DNA from: Candidatus Nomurabacteria bacterium UBA5155
Lineage (GTDB): Bacteria; Patescibacteriota; Minisyncoccia; Phycocordibacterales; UBA9973
Reading direction: 5' to 3'
NCBI GenBank assembly: GCA_002413705.1
Contig: DHXN01000011.1
Coordinates: forward strand, 162 to 64,161
Length of the DNA stretch: 64,000 nt
Under the pieces are notes generated by a model. It saw nothing but the letters and a program-made list of their open reading frames with translations, was not told the DNA's origin and searched no databases. Below are positions 38,859 to 49,184 of the stretch, one piece after another. The position numbers were made by a program, and so were the translations under genes. The first letter of the stretch is position 1. Each line of letters opens with the position of its first letter.

Positions 38859-38966
38859 ATGAAAAAAATAATGGAAACCCTACTCACCACACCAGAGGCT
38901 CGTGACGAAGCGTCAGCGAAAAACAGTGCCTACGAGCAAACCACTTTCACCCCTTGGGCTGACTAA
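38859..38966 (+). CDS. Possible 35-aa small ORF between RR and HK
   Basis: Promoter-like TTGACC...TATACT and 7-bp inverted repeat upstream; very tentative. Confidence 0.2.
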   Translation: MKKIMETLLTTPEARDEASAKNSAYEQTTFTPWAD

Positions 38967-38993
38967 ACATAGTCCGCATCTCTCCTACATACC

Positions 38994-40499
38994 ATGAATA
39001 CTCGTCCTCGAATAAGCACTACTACACATTCCGATCCATATTCCCTCAGTTTATTCGGGCGTAGTATTCATGGCGTGTATGAACATTGCATTGCGGCAAA
39101 ATCTGAAAATGAAGACATTAAACGCCAAGAATTTATTCTGAATGTTATTCTTTGTTGCATTATTCCCTTTCTGATCGCGCTCGACGTTGTCGTTGCCACA
39201 AATACCATCCGAGAAGGTGTGCAGTATCACGGCATTTCATTTTTGAAATTTAGTAGCATTGTATTGGTCGCCATGTACTTGCTGTTACTTTCTCGAAAAG
39301 GATTCTATAGAATAGCTATCTACGTTTTCTTGACATTGTATTTCATTGCAACCACCTACGGAGCAGCACATTGGGGCGTGGAACTTCCCATGGTTGCCAT
39401 CAGTTACACGGTCATGATTGTCATCTCCAGTATATTAGTCTCAACTCGATTTGCTTTTTTGTTCACCACTATTATTTCATTGACCATTGTATTGATAACG
39501 TATTTGCAAATACATAATGTACTTCATCCGATACTGCATTGGAAAATTGCCACTATTCAAAATACAGATTCAATCGAGTTGGCAATCATTTTCTTTTTGG
39601 TAGTGGGCATATCTTGGCTTTCTAATAGAGAAATTGAACGTTCTTTAAAACGTGCCCATGCTTCCGAAAAAGCACTGCTCGAAGAGCGAGATTTATTGGA
39701 AATAAAAGTTGAAGAGCGCACAAGAAAATTGAAAGAAACACAAGGAGATAAAATATCGCAACTCTATAAATTTGCAGAATTCGGTAAACTCTCATCAGGT
39801 ATATTTCATGATCTTATGAATACGTTGAATGTTGTAGTGATCAACGCGACTCGAGTCGAGGACTCTCCTGAGCATTTACCTGAATTTAAAAATTATCTCC
39901 ATAAAACGGTGGCCGCCAGTAAGCGAATGGGTATCTATATCGACAGTGTGCGAAAACAAATTGCTGATAACAATGCTCTTACGGCATTTTCTTTAGAACA
40001 TGAAATCAGTGATGCAATTGATATCTTGCACTATCGTGCTCGTGAAGCGCAGGTGGTTTTCAATCTGCATGCAAAAGATGACATTGTTATCAATGGTAAT
40101 GCATTTAAATTTTATCAAGTTGTGTTAAATCTTTTATCCAATGCAGTAGATGCCTGTGAACACACCGGTCGCCAAAATACCATTAATATAATCATTGCCA
40201 TGGGATCTGATAAAAAGAGTGCCACGCTGATTATTCGAGATAACGGTTGTGGTATTCCCATCTCTAATATCGACACCATCTTCAATCAGTTCTTCACGAC
40301 CAAATCATACGGCAAAGGTATGGGGCTAGGACTCTCTCAAACAAAACAAATAGTTGAACAAGAATTTGACGGTACCATCAAAGTTACTAGTACTGAACAC
40401 AAAGGCAGCACATTTATTATTACTTTCCCATTTATATCTAATGATGCATCAGAAATTCAAGAATCCAAATCAGAAACAAATACAAATAGCATGTCATAA
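38994..40499 (+). CDS. Intramembrane-sensing sensor histidine kinase
   Basis: ~6 TM N-terminus, HDLMNTLN H-box, N/G1/G2 ATPase boxes. Confidence 0.85.
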   Translation: MNTRPRISTTTHSDPYSLSLFGRSIHGVYEHCIAAKSENEDIKRQEFILNVILCCIIPFLIALDVVVATNTIREGVQYHGISFLKFSSIVLVAMYLLLLSRKGFYRIAIYVFLTLYFIATTYGAAHWGVELPMVAISYTVMIVISSILVSTRFAFLFTTIISLTIVLITYLQIHNVLHPILHWKIATIQNTDSIELAIIFFLVVGISWLSNREIERSLKRAHASEKALLEERDLLEIKVEERTRKLKETQGDKISQLYKFAEFGKLSSGIFHDLMNTLNVVVINATRVEDSPEHLPEFKNYLHKTVAASKRMGIYIDSVRKQIADNNALTAFSLEHEISDAIDILHYRAREAQVVFNLHAKDDIVINGNAFKFYQVVLNLLSNAVDACEHTGRQNTINIIIAMGSDKKSATLIIRDNGCGIPISNIDTIFNQFFTTKSYGKGMGLGLSQTKQIVEQEFDGTIKVTSTEHKGSTFIITFPFISNDASEIQESKSETNTNSMS

Positions 40500-42306
40500 C
40501 GCGCTTCAATTCATAGGATCACAATCAGAGCAGTCAGTATTTTACAACGGCCTTATTGTTGCCGCGCTTAAACATATAGACACTGAAGGAAGTCGCTTTA
40601 TAAAACAAAAAGCTGTAGCGATACTGTTAGCAAAAAAGAGTGTTGCGTGGTCATTTAGCTACGGCGATTCATACCCCGATGATTTGGATGACACTTGTAT
40701 TGCCTTGAATGCTATGTATCAAGTTACTCCGGAAATTATCACCGAAGAAGTCTTGGCATCCATCACCTCGATACTTATCGCAAATGAATATGCAGCCGGT
40801 GGTCCGTATCAAACATGGATACTGCCCGATCACCCGCAACAGTGGCACGATATTGATGTGGTAGTAAATAGCAATATCGCTTTATTTTTATCACAGTTTG
40901 GTATCGTTCTTCCGAAACTGCAAGAATATTTTGATGATCTAATTTTGCAAAAAAAATGTACATCACAGTATTATTATCATGAGATCATTGTTATATATTT
41001 TCTGGCGCGAGCCTATACTGGTGTACACAAAGACCTGCTTATTAGCACTATTTTGCAAAGCCAATCTGTTAACGGCAATTGGGGAAATCCCCTCTTCACC
41101 GCATTGGCAGTTAGTTCGCTCATACAACTTGGCGTACCGGCCGATAGGCTCGATGCTGCCATAGCATATCTGTTAGAAAGTGAAACTGATGGCAGATGGT
41201 CATCTCAGCCATTTTTTATTGAGTCTGTATACAATGATGAAATTACTTACAGCAGTTGTGATGCTCATGTCAGCGCTTGTTGTGTTGAAGCATTGACATT
41301 ATATCTCCGTGAAATGAGGAGAAATCAGCACACCGATAAAAAAATTGATTTAGAACACAAAATGAATACTTTCATCACCGCAGTTCTGCATACATGTCAA
41401 AAAGTTTTTTCGCACACCTCACTTTTATTGCAAACACAATTTTATCATTCATACACATTACTGACAGCAAAAGATCCCACTGATGAAATAACAATGTTAT
41501 CGTATAATTTTACATATGCATTGCGATCCACATTCAGTATCGAAGAACAAACACTTGTTGATTTGGCGGCATTGAATATATTGGGATGGGTTGGATATAG
41601 CACTTATGACGCCATACTCGACGGAGAAAATCAGATCGGCTATTTACCTATGGCAGGCTTGTGCATCCGCACAGTGTCAGATATCACTCATCATCTGATC
41701 AAAAATGATGATGATTACATGTATATTGATCGTATTCTTAGTGGTATTGCCACAAGTACAGCATGGGAATATGAACATTGTAAAATCAACAGCACTCTTC
41801 CTGATTATGGTTCATATGCGTGTTTGGCAGAAAAATCTCTCGGTCATGCATTGGGGCCTATCATTATCTGCTTGCTGTGCGGGCAATATGACCAAGCATA
41901 TGTCGTGGAAAAATTCTTTTTACATTATCTCATCGCGCGACAGCTCAATGACGACGCACATGATTGGGTTGAAGATCTGGAAAATGGATATATCAATAGT
42001 GTAAGCACAGATATTCTCAAAGCTTTCCAGCTACAGAGCGGTCAAACAGAGCTTGATCTTGCAAAACATATGCAATGGTTGCGAGATTATTTTTGGCAGC
42101 ATCACATAGATATTGTCTCCGAAACTATCATCGACCATTGTGCCACTGCTCGAGAACAATTAAAAAAGATCACCATCTTGAGAGATGTGACCTTTTTGGA
42201 ACAATTTCTTGTGCGACTTGAACATTCAGCGTTGCAAGCAGTCAGTGAACGAGACAGCACTAGAATTTTTCTCGCTCATTTCCTGAATACTACTGTGTTG
42301 AGGTAG
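40441..42306 (+). CDS. Large cytoplasmic protein with terpene-cyclase/prenyltransferase-like alpha/alpha-toroid motifs and a C-terminal Asp-rich motif
   Basis: DDLDDTC (cf. class II DxDDTA), QSVNGNWG and ETDGRW QW-like repeats, later NDDAHDWVE (DDxxD). Overlaps HK 3-prime end; ORF track start 40354. Confidence 0.5.
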   Translation: MMHQKFKNPNQKQIQIACHNALQFIGSQSEQSVFYNGLIVAALKHIDTEGSRFIKQKAVAILLAKKSVAWSFSYGDSYPDDLDDTCIALNAMYQVTPEIITEEVLASITSILIANEYAAGGPYQTWILPDHPQQWHDIDVVVNSNIALFLSQFGIVLPKLQEYFDDLILQKKCTSQYYYHEIIVIYFLARAYTGVHKDLLISTILQSQSVNGNWGNPLFTALAVSSLIQLGVPADRLDAAIAYLLESETDGRWSSQPFFIESVYNDEITYSSCDAHVSACCVEALTLYLREMRRNQHTDKKIDLEHKMNTFITAVLHTCQKVFSHTSLLLQTQFYHSYTLLTAKDPTDEITMLSYNFTYALRSTFSIEEQTLVDLAALNILGWVGYSTYDAILDGENQIGYLPMAGLCIRTVSDITHHLIKNDDDYMYIDRILSGIATSTAWEYEHCKINSTLPDYGSYACLAEKSLGHALGPIIICLLCGQYDQAYVVEKFFLHYLIARQLNDDAHDWVEDLENGYINSVSTDILKAFQLQSGQTELDLAKHMQWLRDYFWQHHIDIVSETIIDHCATAREQLKKITILRDVTFLEQFLVRLEHSALQAVSERDSTRIFLAHFLNTTVLR

Positions 42307-42538
42307 TATGAGAACTGTCAGTGGTTGTAGTAGTGGTTTGCTGATAGCTCGTCACCGGAGTAGTGGTGGTATACACATGTGTTGTTCCTGAAATCGGCAT
42401 AGTTTGCTCCACTTGCGTAGTGCCAGTAGTTGTGGGGAAATAATAATAAATACCGTGTGGCAATAAGTACACCACGGCGATAATGATAAGGATGATAATC
42501 ATTACAATAATAAGGGCTCGATTTGTGTGATCATGCAT
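42290..42538 (-). CDS. Single-TM small protein with Thr-rich extracellular tail
   Basis: IIVMIIILIIIAVVYLL helix then TTTGTT.../TTTTTTD low-complexity. Confidence 0.4.
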   Translation of the reverse strand: MHDHTNRALIIVMIIILIIIAVVYLLPHGIYYYFPTTTGTTQVEQTMPISGTTHVYTTTTPVTSYQQTTTTTTDSSHTTSTQ

Positions 42539-42588
42539 ATAATACAGTAAAGCACGTTTTGCGATTTTCGTATATACTATAAATTCAG

Positions 42589-43455
42589 ATGGGAAATAAA
42601 CATCTCAATTTAATTAAAGAAACTTTTTCACACTGGCAGGACAAAGAGGCTTCACGAATGGGAGCAGCTATTTCTTACTATGCGATTTTTTCTATTGCCC
42701 CGTTACTTATCTTACTGATGGCCGTTGGTAGAATTATTTTTGACAGAAATACTACCACGACAACCATTGCTCGTGTACTAAATATAAGTGTTGGAAAAAA
42801 TCTTTCGTCTGTTATCCAAACACTTATTAACAACAGCTACCCTGTTCATACCGGGATCATCACCGCTATTGTCAGTGGTGTTGTCATCATCATCGCCGCA
42901 CTCGGTGTCATTGCTGAACTTAACAATGATCTTGATGAGCTGTGGAAAATTCCTTCGGCTACACAAACGGTTCAAACAACAAGCCAAACAATATGGAATT
43001 TTGTAAAAAACCGACTGATCGCAGTGTTACTGATTTTGTTATTTGGCATATTATTTATTTTTCTTGCGGCATTTGGTGTGTTCACTTCATTCTTTCATTA
43101 TTCATTGCCGGTTTTGCTGCAAAGTGGGTTAGCAATCAATATCCTGAACGGCATCGTTACCCTATTGGGTGGGACATTTTTATTTGCAATTATTTATCGC
43201 ATCTTGCCCGATACCAAGCTTCCTTGGAAAGAGCTAATTTGGGGCGCATTTATAACTTCGATTTTATTTCTGATCGGTAAATACTTAATCAGTTGGTACA
43301 TCGAATCATTTGGTGGCACAGCTGAATATGGTGCAGCAGGTTCACTGGTAGGTTTATTGCTATGGGTATACTACTCCGCACAAGTATTCTTCATTGGCAC
43401 GGCAGGAACATTTGTCTATTCAAAATTGTACGGACATCTTTCTAAAAGAGAATAA
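42589..43455 (+). CDS. YihY/BrkB family membrane protein
   Basis: Six TM, characteristic YihY profile. Confidence 0.8.
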   Translation: MGNKHLNLIKETFSHWQDKEASRMGAAISYYAIFSIAPLLILLMAVGRIIFDRNTTTTTIARVLNISVGKNLSSVIQTLINNSYPVHTGIITAIVSGVVIIIAALGVIAELNNDLDELWKIPSATQTVQTTSQTIWNFVKNRLIAVLLILLFGILFIFLAAFGVFTSFFHYSLPVLLQSGLAINILNGIVTLLGGTFLFAIIYRILPDTKLPWKELIWGAFITSILFLIGKYLISWYIESFGGTAEYGAAGSLVGLLLWVYYSAQVFFIGTAGTFVYSKLYGHLSKRE

Positions 43456-43461
43456 CCGTCA

Positions 43462-45216
43462 TTAGCTGGTGCGTTTTGCGTGCATCAACATATCGACAGC
43501 ATTTGTCAGCGATCCAGCTGGGGTGATAGCACCGCCATTCACAAAAAATATTTCATCAGCATTTTGAATCGTGTTCAAACGATGAGCGATAATGACTTTA
43601 GTGGTTTGTTTTGGCAATTTCTCAATCACCTCTTCAAGCAACCGCTCTGTCACGGTATCAATATTTGCAGTCGCTTCATCCAAAATGATCAGGTCAGGTT
43701 TTCGCAATACGGCACGCATAAATGCGATAAGTTGTCGCTGTCCGAGACTGATACTTTCTCCGTTTTGATTGACTGGAGTTTTTAACCCATTTTCGAATTG
43801 CGCTAACAGGGGTAGCAGCTCTGTTTCTTTCAAGACTTCCACCAGTTGTTCAGATGTTGAGTCTTTATAAAGCGGATTGGAGTAAAAAATATTATCCCCC
43901 AGTGTTCCGGTGAACAAAAACGGTTCTTGTAAAATAAACCCGATCTTTTGCGCGCGCGTGGCAGGATCGAGTGTCCGAATGTCGTTTCCTTCAAATAAAA
44001 TAGTGCCTCCTGTCGGATCATACAGTCGTGCCATCAGTGAAGCAGTTGTTGTTTTACCTCCTCCTGTTGGTCCAACCAACGCATAGGTTTCTCCGGGATT
44101 GAGCGATACAGAAACATCGCGTAATACTTCCTTTCCATCCACATAGGTGAACCCCACCGTTTGAAATGATAAACGTGGCCCTGACAATGAATGTGCGGCA
44201 GATCCTGCGAGTAACGGCATGTCATTTTGCAATGAGACAATGGCCGAAATACGATCCCAACTGGCCATAGCGGTTTGAAATGTTGCCCACAATGATGCCA
44301 TTTGACGCAATGGGTCATAGAGACGATTAGCATAAGTGATATAACTGATCAGAAAACCCAATGTGAAGTCACCGATTAAAATAAGATGGATACCGTACAC
44401 CAACACGATCAGTTGTGCAGCATTGGATGCAAAACTATAAATAGTGACAAAGACATTGTTGGCAATTCCTGCTTTCACTGAGGTAATAAAATTTTTGTAA
44501 TTTGCCGCTTCAAATTTTTCACGGAAATAGTCACGGCGATTAAACGCCACAATCACTTTGAAATTTCCCAAACTTTCTTGAATCTCAGCACTCATACCAC
44601 CGACTTCTTTCAAACTTTTAGCATTTTGTCGCTTCACCCATGGAGACAGCACTTGCGTTAGAAGCAACACGATCACTAGCGGCACAAGCGCTGCCAAACC
44701 AAGACGAAAATTGATAGAAAGAATAAAAACAACCGCGCCAACAATCAAAAAGATATTACCAACGAATTGCATCAATGACTGCGAGAAAAATTGATTGAGA
44801 TTATCAGTATCATTGTTGATACGAGAAATCAAATCACCGGCTTTGTTTTGATTGAAGAATGCAATGGGAAGTTGTTGCAGTTTTTCAAACACAGTGTTGC
44901 GCAACGAGAACAACAAACGCTGTCCAACACCACCCATCGTTTTGGTTTGAATATACGTTGCAATAAATGAACCAATATAAATAAGAAGCACAGTTGCGCT
45001 TGCCACTAACAATCCGTGAACCTGTTTTGTTTCGATATATTTGTTTACCGCTTCACCAATCAACAATGGCGCAACCAATGTCAGCCCGGAGTTTATGATA
45101 ATGGCAGCAAAGGTTATAAATAAACGCTGTCGCTCATACTTCAATAACGGCAGCAATTTTTTAAGCGCCGCAAGCACTGACCCATTTTTCTTTTCTGTGT
45201 TAAGAGTGTAATTCAT
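43462..45216 (-). CDS. ABC transporter, fused permease/ATP-binding (type I exporter half-transporter)
   Basis: 6 TM + Walker A GPTGGGKTT, signature LSLGQRQ. Confidence 0.9.
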   Translation of the reverse strand: MNYTLNTEKKNGSVLAALKKLLPLLKYERQRLFITFAAIIINSGLTLVAPLLIGEAVNKYIETKQVHGLLVASATVLLIYIGSFIATYIQTKTMGGVGQRLLFSLRNTVFEKLQQLPIAFFNQNKAGDLISRINNDTDNLNQFFSQSLMQFVGNIFLIVGAVVFILSINFRLGLAALVPLVIVLLLTQVLSPWVKRQNAKSLKEVGGMSAEIQESLGNFKVIVAFNRRDYFREKFEAANYKNFITSVKAGIANNVFVTIYSFASNAAQLIVLVYGIHLILIGDFTLGFLISYITYANRLYDPLRQMASLWATFQTAMASWDRISAIVSLQNDMPLLAGSAAHSLSGPRLSFQTVGFTYVDGKEVLRDVSVSLNPGETYALVGPTGGGKTTTASLMARLYDPTGGTILFEGNDIRTLDPATRAQKIGFILQEPFLFTGTLGDNIFYSNPLYKDSTSEQLVEVLKETELLPLLAQFENGLKTPVNQNGESISLGQRQLIAFMRAVLRKPDLIILDEATANIDTVTERLLEEVIEKLPKQTTKVIIAHRLNTIQNADEIFFVNGGAITPAGSLTNAVDMLMHAKRTS

Positions 45217-46945
45217 ATTTGTCAGTGCTTTGTTGCGATTGATAAATTTGCACGTATTCCGGAGACTGTTCCATCAGTGCTGCATGAGTTCCTTCGGCCA
45301 AGAGTTCTCCTTCCATCATCACGATAATATTGTCGTACTCGGTAATGGAGGAAATTTTTTGCGTAATAGAAATAAGCGTCAGATCCGGATAGTTCTTTCT
45401 GACATTTGCTAAAATACTTTCTTCAGTGCGGGTATCAACGCGTGCAGTGAAGTCATCCAAAAACAGAATACGCGGATTAAGTGCCAGAGCGCGCGCCAAC
45501 ATGATGCGCTGCTTCTGTCCTCCCGACAAACTGGCACCACGTTCTGAAACAACCGTCTCAAGTCCTTGTGGCAATGATGCAATCAACCCTTCAAGTTCTG
45601 CGGTAACAATTGCTTTGTCCAGGTCTGCATCAGTGACAGATGTGCTAAATGCAATATTTTCTCGAACTGTTGTGTTAAAAATTATACTGTCTTGAAACAC
45701 AAACCCTATTTGCGCGTGCAGGCTTTTTTGATCGTATTCTTTTAACGGTATGTCATCAAAAAATACAGTACCGTCAGTTGCAGCCAGCAATCCTGTCATA
45801 ACATACAGCAGTTGAGTTTTCCCGGCCGCAGTTGGTCCAATAATGGCATTTTTAGTGGTAGGTTTAATGTTAAATGACACGTCTTTCACTGCATGTTTTT
45901 CTCCGTACTGAACAGAAATATTTTTTACCGTGATAGCTCCGGTCAGCGGAGTGGTCACTGTGCCATTTTCTGTTGGTACTGGAGCATCAAGCACTTTATA
46001 CAAACGTTGGTATGAAGCATTGGCACGAGCGATGACATTACTCATAAAACCGATAACCAAGATCGGGAAAATAAGAATGGCAATATAACTGTTGAATGCA
46101 GTGAAGCTACCGATGGTCATACCTCCGACAATGACTGACTTTCCGCCGAAATACAACACCAACACAATAGCAACGTTGGCAACAAAACTAATAATTGGAA
46201 TAAGTCCCGCAAAAAAACCGACGATCTTCAAACCATTATCCTTGGCATCAGTGTTCACCTGTAAAAACTTTTCATATTCATGTTGCTGAGAATTCAAGAC
46301 ACGAATCAGTCCCGCACCCAAAATACTTTCATTAATGACATTATTCAGTCGATCGATAATCCCTTGTGTCTTCAAAAATAATGGACGTACTCTGCTCAAT
46401 GTAAAGAAAAATGTTCCACCAATTACTGGAATGATGAGTAAGACGTATAATGCCAAATGCCAATTTAATCCGATCAATAAAATACTTGCTCCGATAATAA
46501 TAAAAATAGAAGAGATGATTGACACCACTGCTTGCGAGACGAAAACTTTGATCGCATCTGCATCAGAAGTGATATTGGTGAGCAACACGGAAGGATTAGC
46601 GGTTTGAATATATGAAAATGCCTGCATTGAAATCTTGCGCATCAATTCCTTGCGAAGATCACGGGCCACTCGTTCCGAAGCATAGGTCTGCACAATATTT
46701 TGGGCATAGGTGAAAATAAAAATGCCGATAGTCGCAATAATAAATGTGATGATAGTGGTGTGGACCACCAGTGTGCCGTTAACAAAATGATCCAACGTGC
46801 TGGCAATAAGTTTTGGGATAAACAACGTAATTGCATTGCTAAATAAGGCTAAAATAATCAGCAAAATAAGCAAACTCCTGTATGGTATCAGGAGTGAAAA
46901 AATACTTGGCTGTTTTTGTGCTTCTGTTTTATTGTTCATGCTCAA
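45200..46945 (-). CDS. ABC transporter, fused permease/ATP-binding (partner of previous)
   Basis: LSGGQKQRIMLARAL; 17-nt overlap with downstream gene. Confidence 0.9.
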   Translation of the reverse strand: MSMNNKTEAQKQPSIFSLLIPYRSLLILLIILALFSNAITLFIPKLIASTLDHFVNGTLVVHTTIITFIIATIGIFIFTYAQNIVQTYASERVARDLRKELMRKISMQAFSYIQTANPSVLLTNITSDADAIKVFVSQAVVSIISSIFIIIGASILLIGLNWHLALYVLLIIPVIGGTFFFTLSRVRPLFLKTQGIIDRLNNVINESILGAGLIRVLNSQQHEYEKFLQVNTDAKDNGLKIVGFFAGLIPIISFVANVAIVLVLYFGGKSVIVGGMTIGSFTAFNSYIAILIFPILVIGFMSNVIARANASYQRLYKVLDAPVPTENGTVTTPLTGAITVKNISVQYGEKHAVKDVSFNIKPTTKNAIIGPTAAGKTQLLYVMTGLLAATDGTVFFDDIPLKEYDQKSLHAQIGFVFQDSIIFNTTVRENIAFSTSVTDADLDKAIVTAELEGLIASLPQGLETVVSERGASLSGGQKQRIMLARALALNPRILFLDDFTARVDTRTEESILANVRKNYPDLTLISITQKISSITEYDNIIVMMEGELLAEGTHAALMEQSPEYVQIYQSQQSTDKYELHS

Positions 46946-48062
46946 ACGCGATAGAAATAGCTTCTGTCGCGATCAATCGCGAAGCGTCCGGTTTATAGAA
47001 TCCTTTTGCTCGCGCGGACATGGCATCATATTGATCTTTGTGTTGAAGGATCAAATCAATTTCACTTTTCAATACTGATGCGGTGAGGTTGGCTTGTTCA
47101 ATGACCACACATGCGCCGGTACGAGCATAGTGATAAGCATTTTTGCGCTGATGGTCTCCATGATACACATCCGAACTGCCGGGAATAATAATAGAAGGTT
47201 TGCCCCAAGCAGCAATTTCATACAACATTGATCCTGCCCGAGAAATAATAATATCAGTTGCACCGCCAAACATTTTTGTTTGCAGATCATTTAAATAAGG
47301 AAACACTTTGTATCGTGTTCGTTTTGTGTCTTGACCCAATAAAACAGCGGCGTCAGTTTTTGTTTCTTCAAATGTTTTTGGCCCTGTTTGGTGAATAATT
47401 TGATACTGTTGCACCAGTTCAGGAAGCAGTGAAGTGATAGTGTCATTGATAATTTTTGCGCCAAGCGACCCGCCAATCACACCAATCACCGGCAATGTTG
47501 GATCAAGTTCAAAAAATTCTTTGGCGCCTTCGGTCGCAACAAACGCAATGGATTTGCGCACTGGCTGACCAGTGAGTGAAATCTTTTTTTCATCAAAAAA
47601 TTCTGCAGCTTCAGGGTATGACAGTGCCACGCGACGGGCAAACTTTCCTGACCACTTATTTACTCTGCCCGGCACAGTGTCAGACTCGTGAATGATGACC
47701 GGTATGCGCAAAATTTTTGCTGCCACCAAGACCGGAAATGCCGCATACCCCCCCTTACTAATAATCACATCGGGGTACAAACTGAATAATTTGAATATCG
47801 CTCCCACTGTGCCAAAAGCGGTTTTAAACATATCAACGAAATTCTGCCATGAAAAATACACGCGAAGTTTGCCGGCGGTGATGGGAATAAAAGTGATAAA
47901 TTGTTCATCAAGCTCTTTTTGATCGTATGGTCTGTCGGCCATATAATACAACTTGAAATTGGCAATTTTTTCCTCATCTGAAATACGGTTCAGTTCTTCA
48001 GCGATGGCAATCAGCGGATAAAAATGCCCTCCTGTTCCCCCACCTATCAGTAAAATCTTCAT
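46929..48062 (-). CDS. murG: Undecaprenyldiphospho-muramoylpentapeptide beta-N-acetylglucosaminyltransferase
   Basis: MKILLIGGGTGGHFYP N-terminus, GT28 fold. Confidence 0.9.
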   Translation of the reverse strand: MKILLIGGGTGGHFYPLIAIAEELNRISDEEKIANFKLYYMADRPYDQKELDEQFITFIPITAGKLRVYFSWQNFVDMFKTAFGTVGAIFKLFSLYPDVIISKGGYAAFPVLVAAKILRIPVIIHESDTVPGRVNKWSGKFARRVALSYPEAAEFFDEKKISLTGQPVRKSIAFVATEGAKEFFELDPTLPVIGVIGGSLGAKIINDTITSLLPELVQQYQIIHQTGPKTFEETKTDAAVLLGQDTKRTRYKVFPYLNDLQTKMFGGATDIIISRAGSMLYEIAAWGKPSIIIPGSSDVYHGDHQRKNAYHYARTGACVVIEQANLTASVLKSEIDLILQHKDQYDAMSARAKGFYKPDASRLIATEAISIAFEHEQ

Positions 48063-48074
48063 AATACCTCTATT

Positions 48075-49184
48075 TTACACTTTCTTTTCATATCTTGAAA
48101 CATTTAACACCATACCGGCAGCAAAGAGCGCAATGAAAAGCGAGGTGCCGCCTTGAGAAATAAAGACCAGGGGCACGCCAGTCAGTGGGAAAAGTCCGAC
48201 TAGAGACATCATATTAAGGAAAGATTGAGCCACCAGAATCGTGATGATACCAACAACCAGGTACTGTCCAAACATATCGCGCGACTGCAGCGCAATTTTG
48301 TATCCGCGAATGGCTAAGAAGACATAGAGTACGACAAGTGCTGCGCTGCCGAGAAAACCGAATTCTTCTCCGATCACCGCATAAATTGAGTCACCTTGCG
48401 GCTCTGGCAGATAGTTAAACTTCTGCACACTTTGCCCAAGGCCACGACCAAATATTCCACCACTACCAATCGCAATCAAACCTTGTTGCAGTTGATACGA
48501 TGAACCTTGCGAGTCACTTGATGGGTTGATATACGTTTTGATGCGTTGCATCAGATACGGACGCATCAATGCCAATATGACAATGCCGATCAATCCTATG
48601 CCGATAATACCGAGAATTTTTTTCCATGACACACCAGACACGAACAACATACTGCAGGCTGCGGCAGTGATAAGAATAAGACTTTTTGTATCAGGTTGTA
48701 ATAAAAGTGCTGCTGCCACCATACTCAACATGATGATCAACGGCAACAATTTGTATTTAAATTCTTGCTCTTTCTTGCTAGTCCACGCGAGCCAAGCGGC
48801 AAAATATGTCACAAAGCCGATCTTTAATAATTCTGCCGGCTGAAATGACACATGAAAAACAGAAATCCATCGCCGTGCCCCGCCGTGAGCAAAGCCAAGG
48901 TGCGGTATAAATACTGAAAACGTCAGTCCCAATGTAATGATAAAAATAGCCAACGCATTGTTACGCCAAAAATGATACGGGATTTTCATTGCGAACCACA
49001 AGCCTGCAAGTCCTCCAACAAAACCGAGTACGATCTGACCAAATAACACCGCATAAAATTTTGTCTCGCTTTGCGCCAACACTCCGAGTGATGCTGACAC
49101 AAATGAAAAAATGCCAATCAAAGAGATCAACAACACAATGCCAAAAAAATACGTATCAAATTGTTTTGGTTTAACGGTCGCCAT
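48075..49184 (-). CDS. ftsW: SEDS family peptidoglycan glycosyltransferase FtsW/RodA
   Basis: 10 TM, conserved SEDS loop GGARRWI...FQPAELLK. Confidence 0.85.
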   Translation of the reverse strand: MATVKPKQFDTYFFGIVLLISLIGIFSFVSASLGVLAQSETKFYAVLFGQIVLGFVGGLAGLWFAMKIPYHFWRNNALAIFIITLGLTFSVFIPHLGFAHGGARRWISVFHVSFQPAELLKIGFVTYFAAWLAWTSKKEQEFKYKLLPLIIMLSMVAAALLLQPDTKSLILITAAACSMLFVSGVSWKKILGIIGIGLIGIVILALMRPYLMQRIKTYINPSSDSQGSSYQLQQGLIAIGSGGIFGRGLGQSVQKFNYLPEPQGDSIYAVIGEEFGFLGSAALVVLYVFLAIRGYKIALQSRDMFGQYLVVGIITILVAQSFLNMMSLVGLFPLTGVPLVFISQGGTSLFIALFAAGMVLNVSRYEKKV

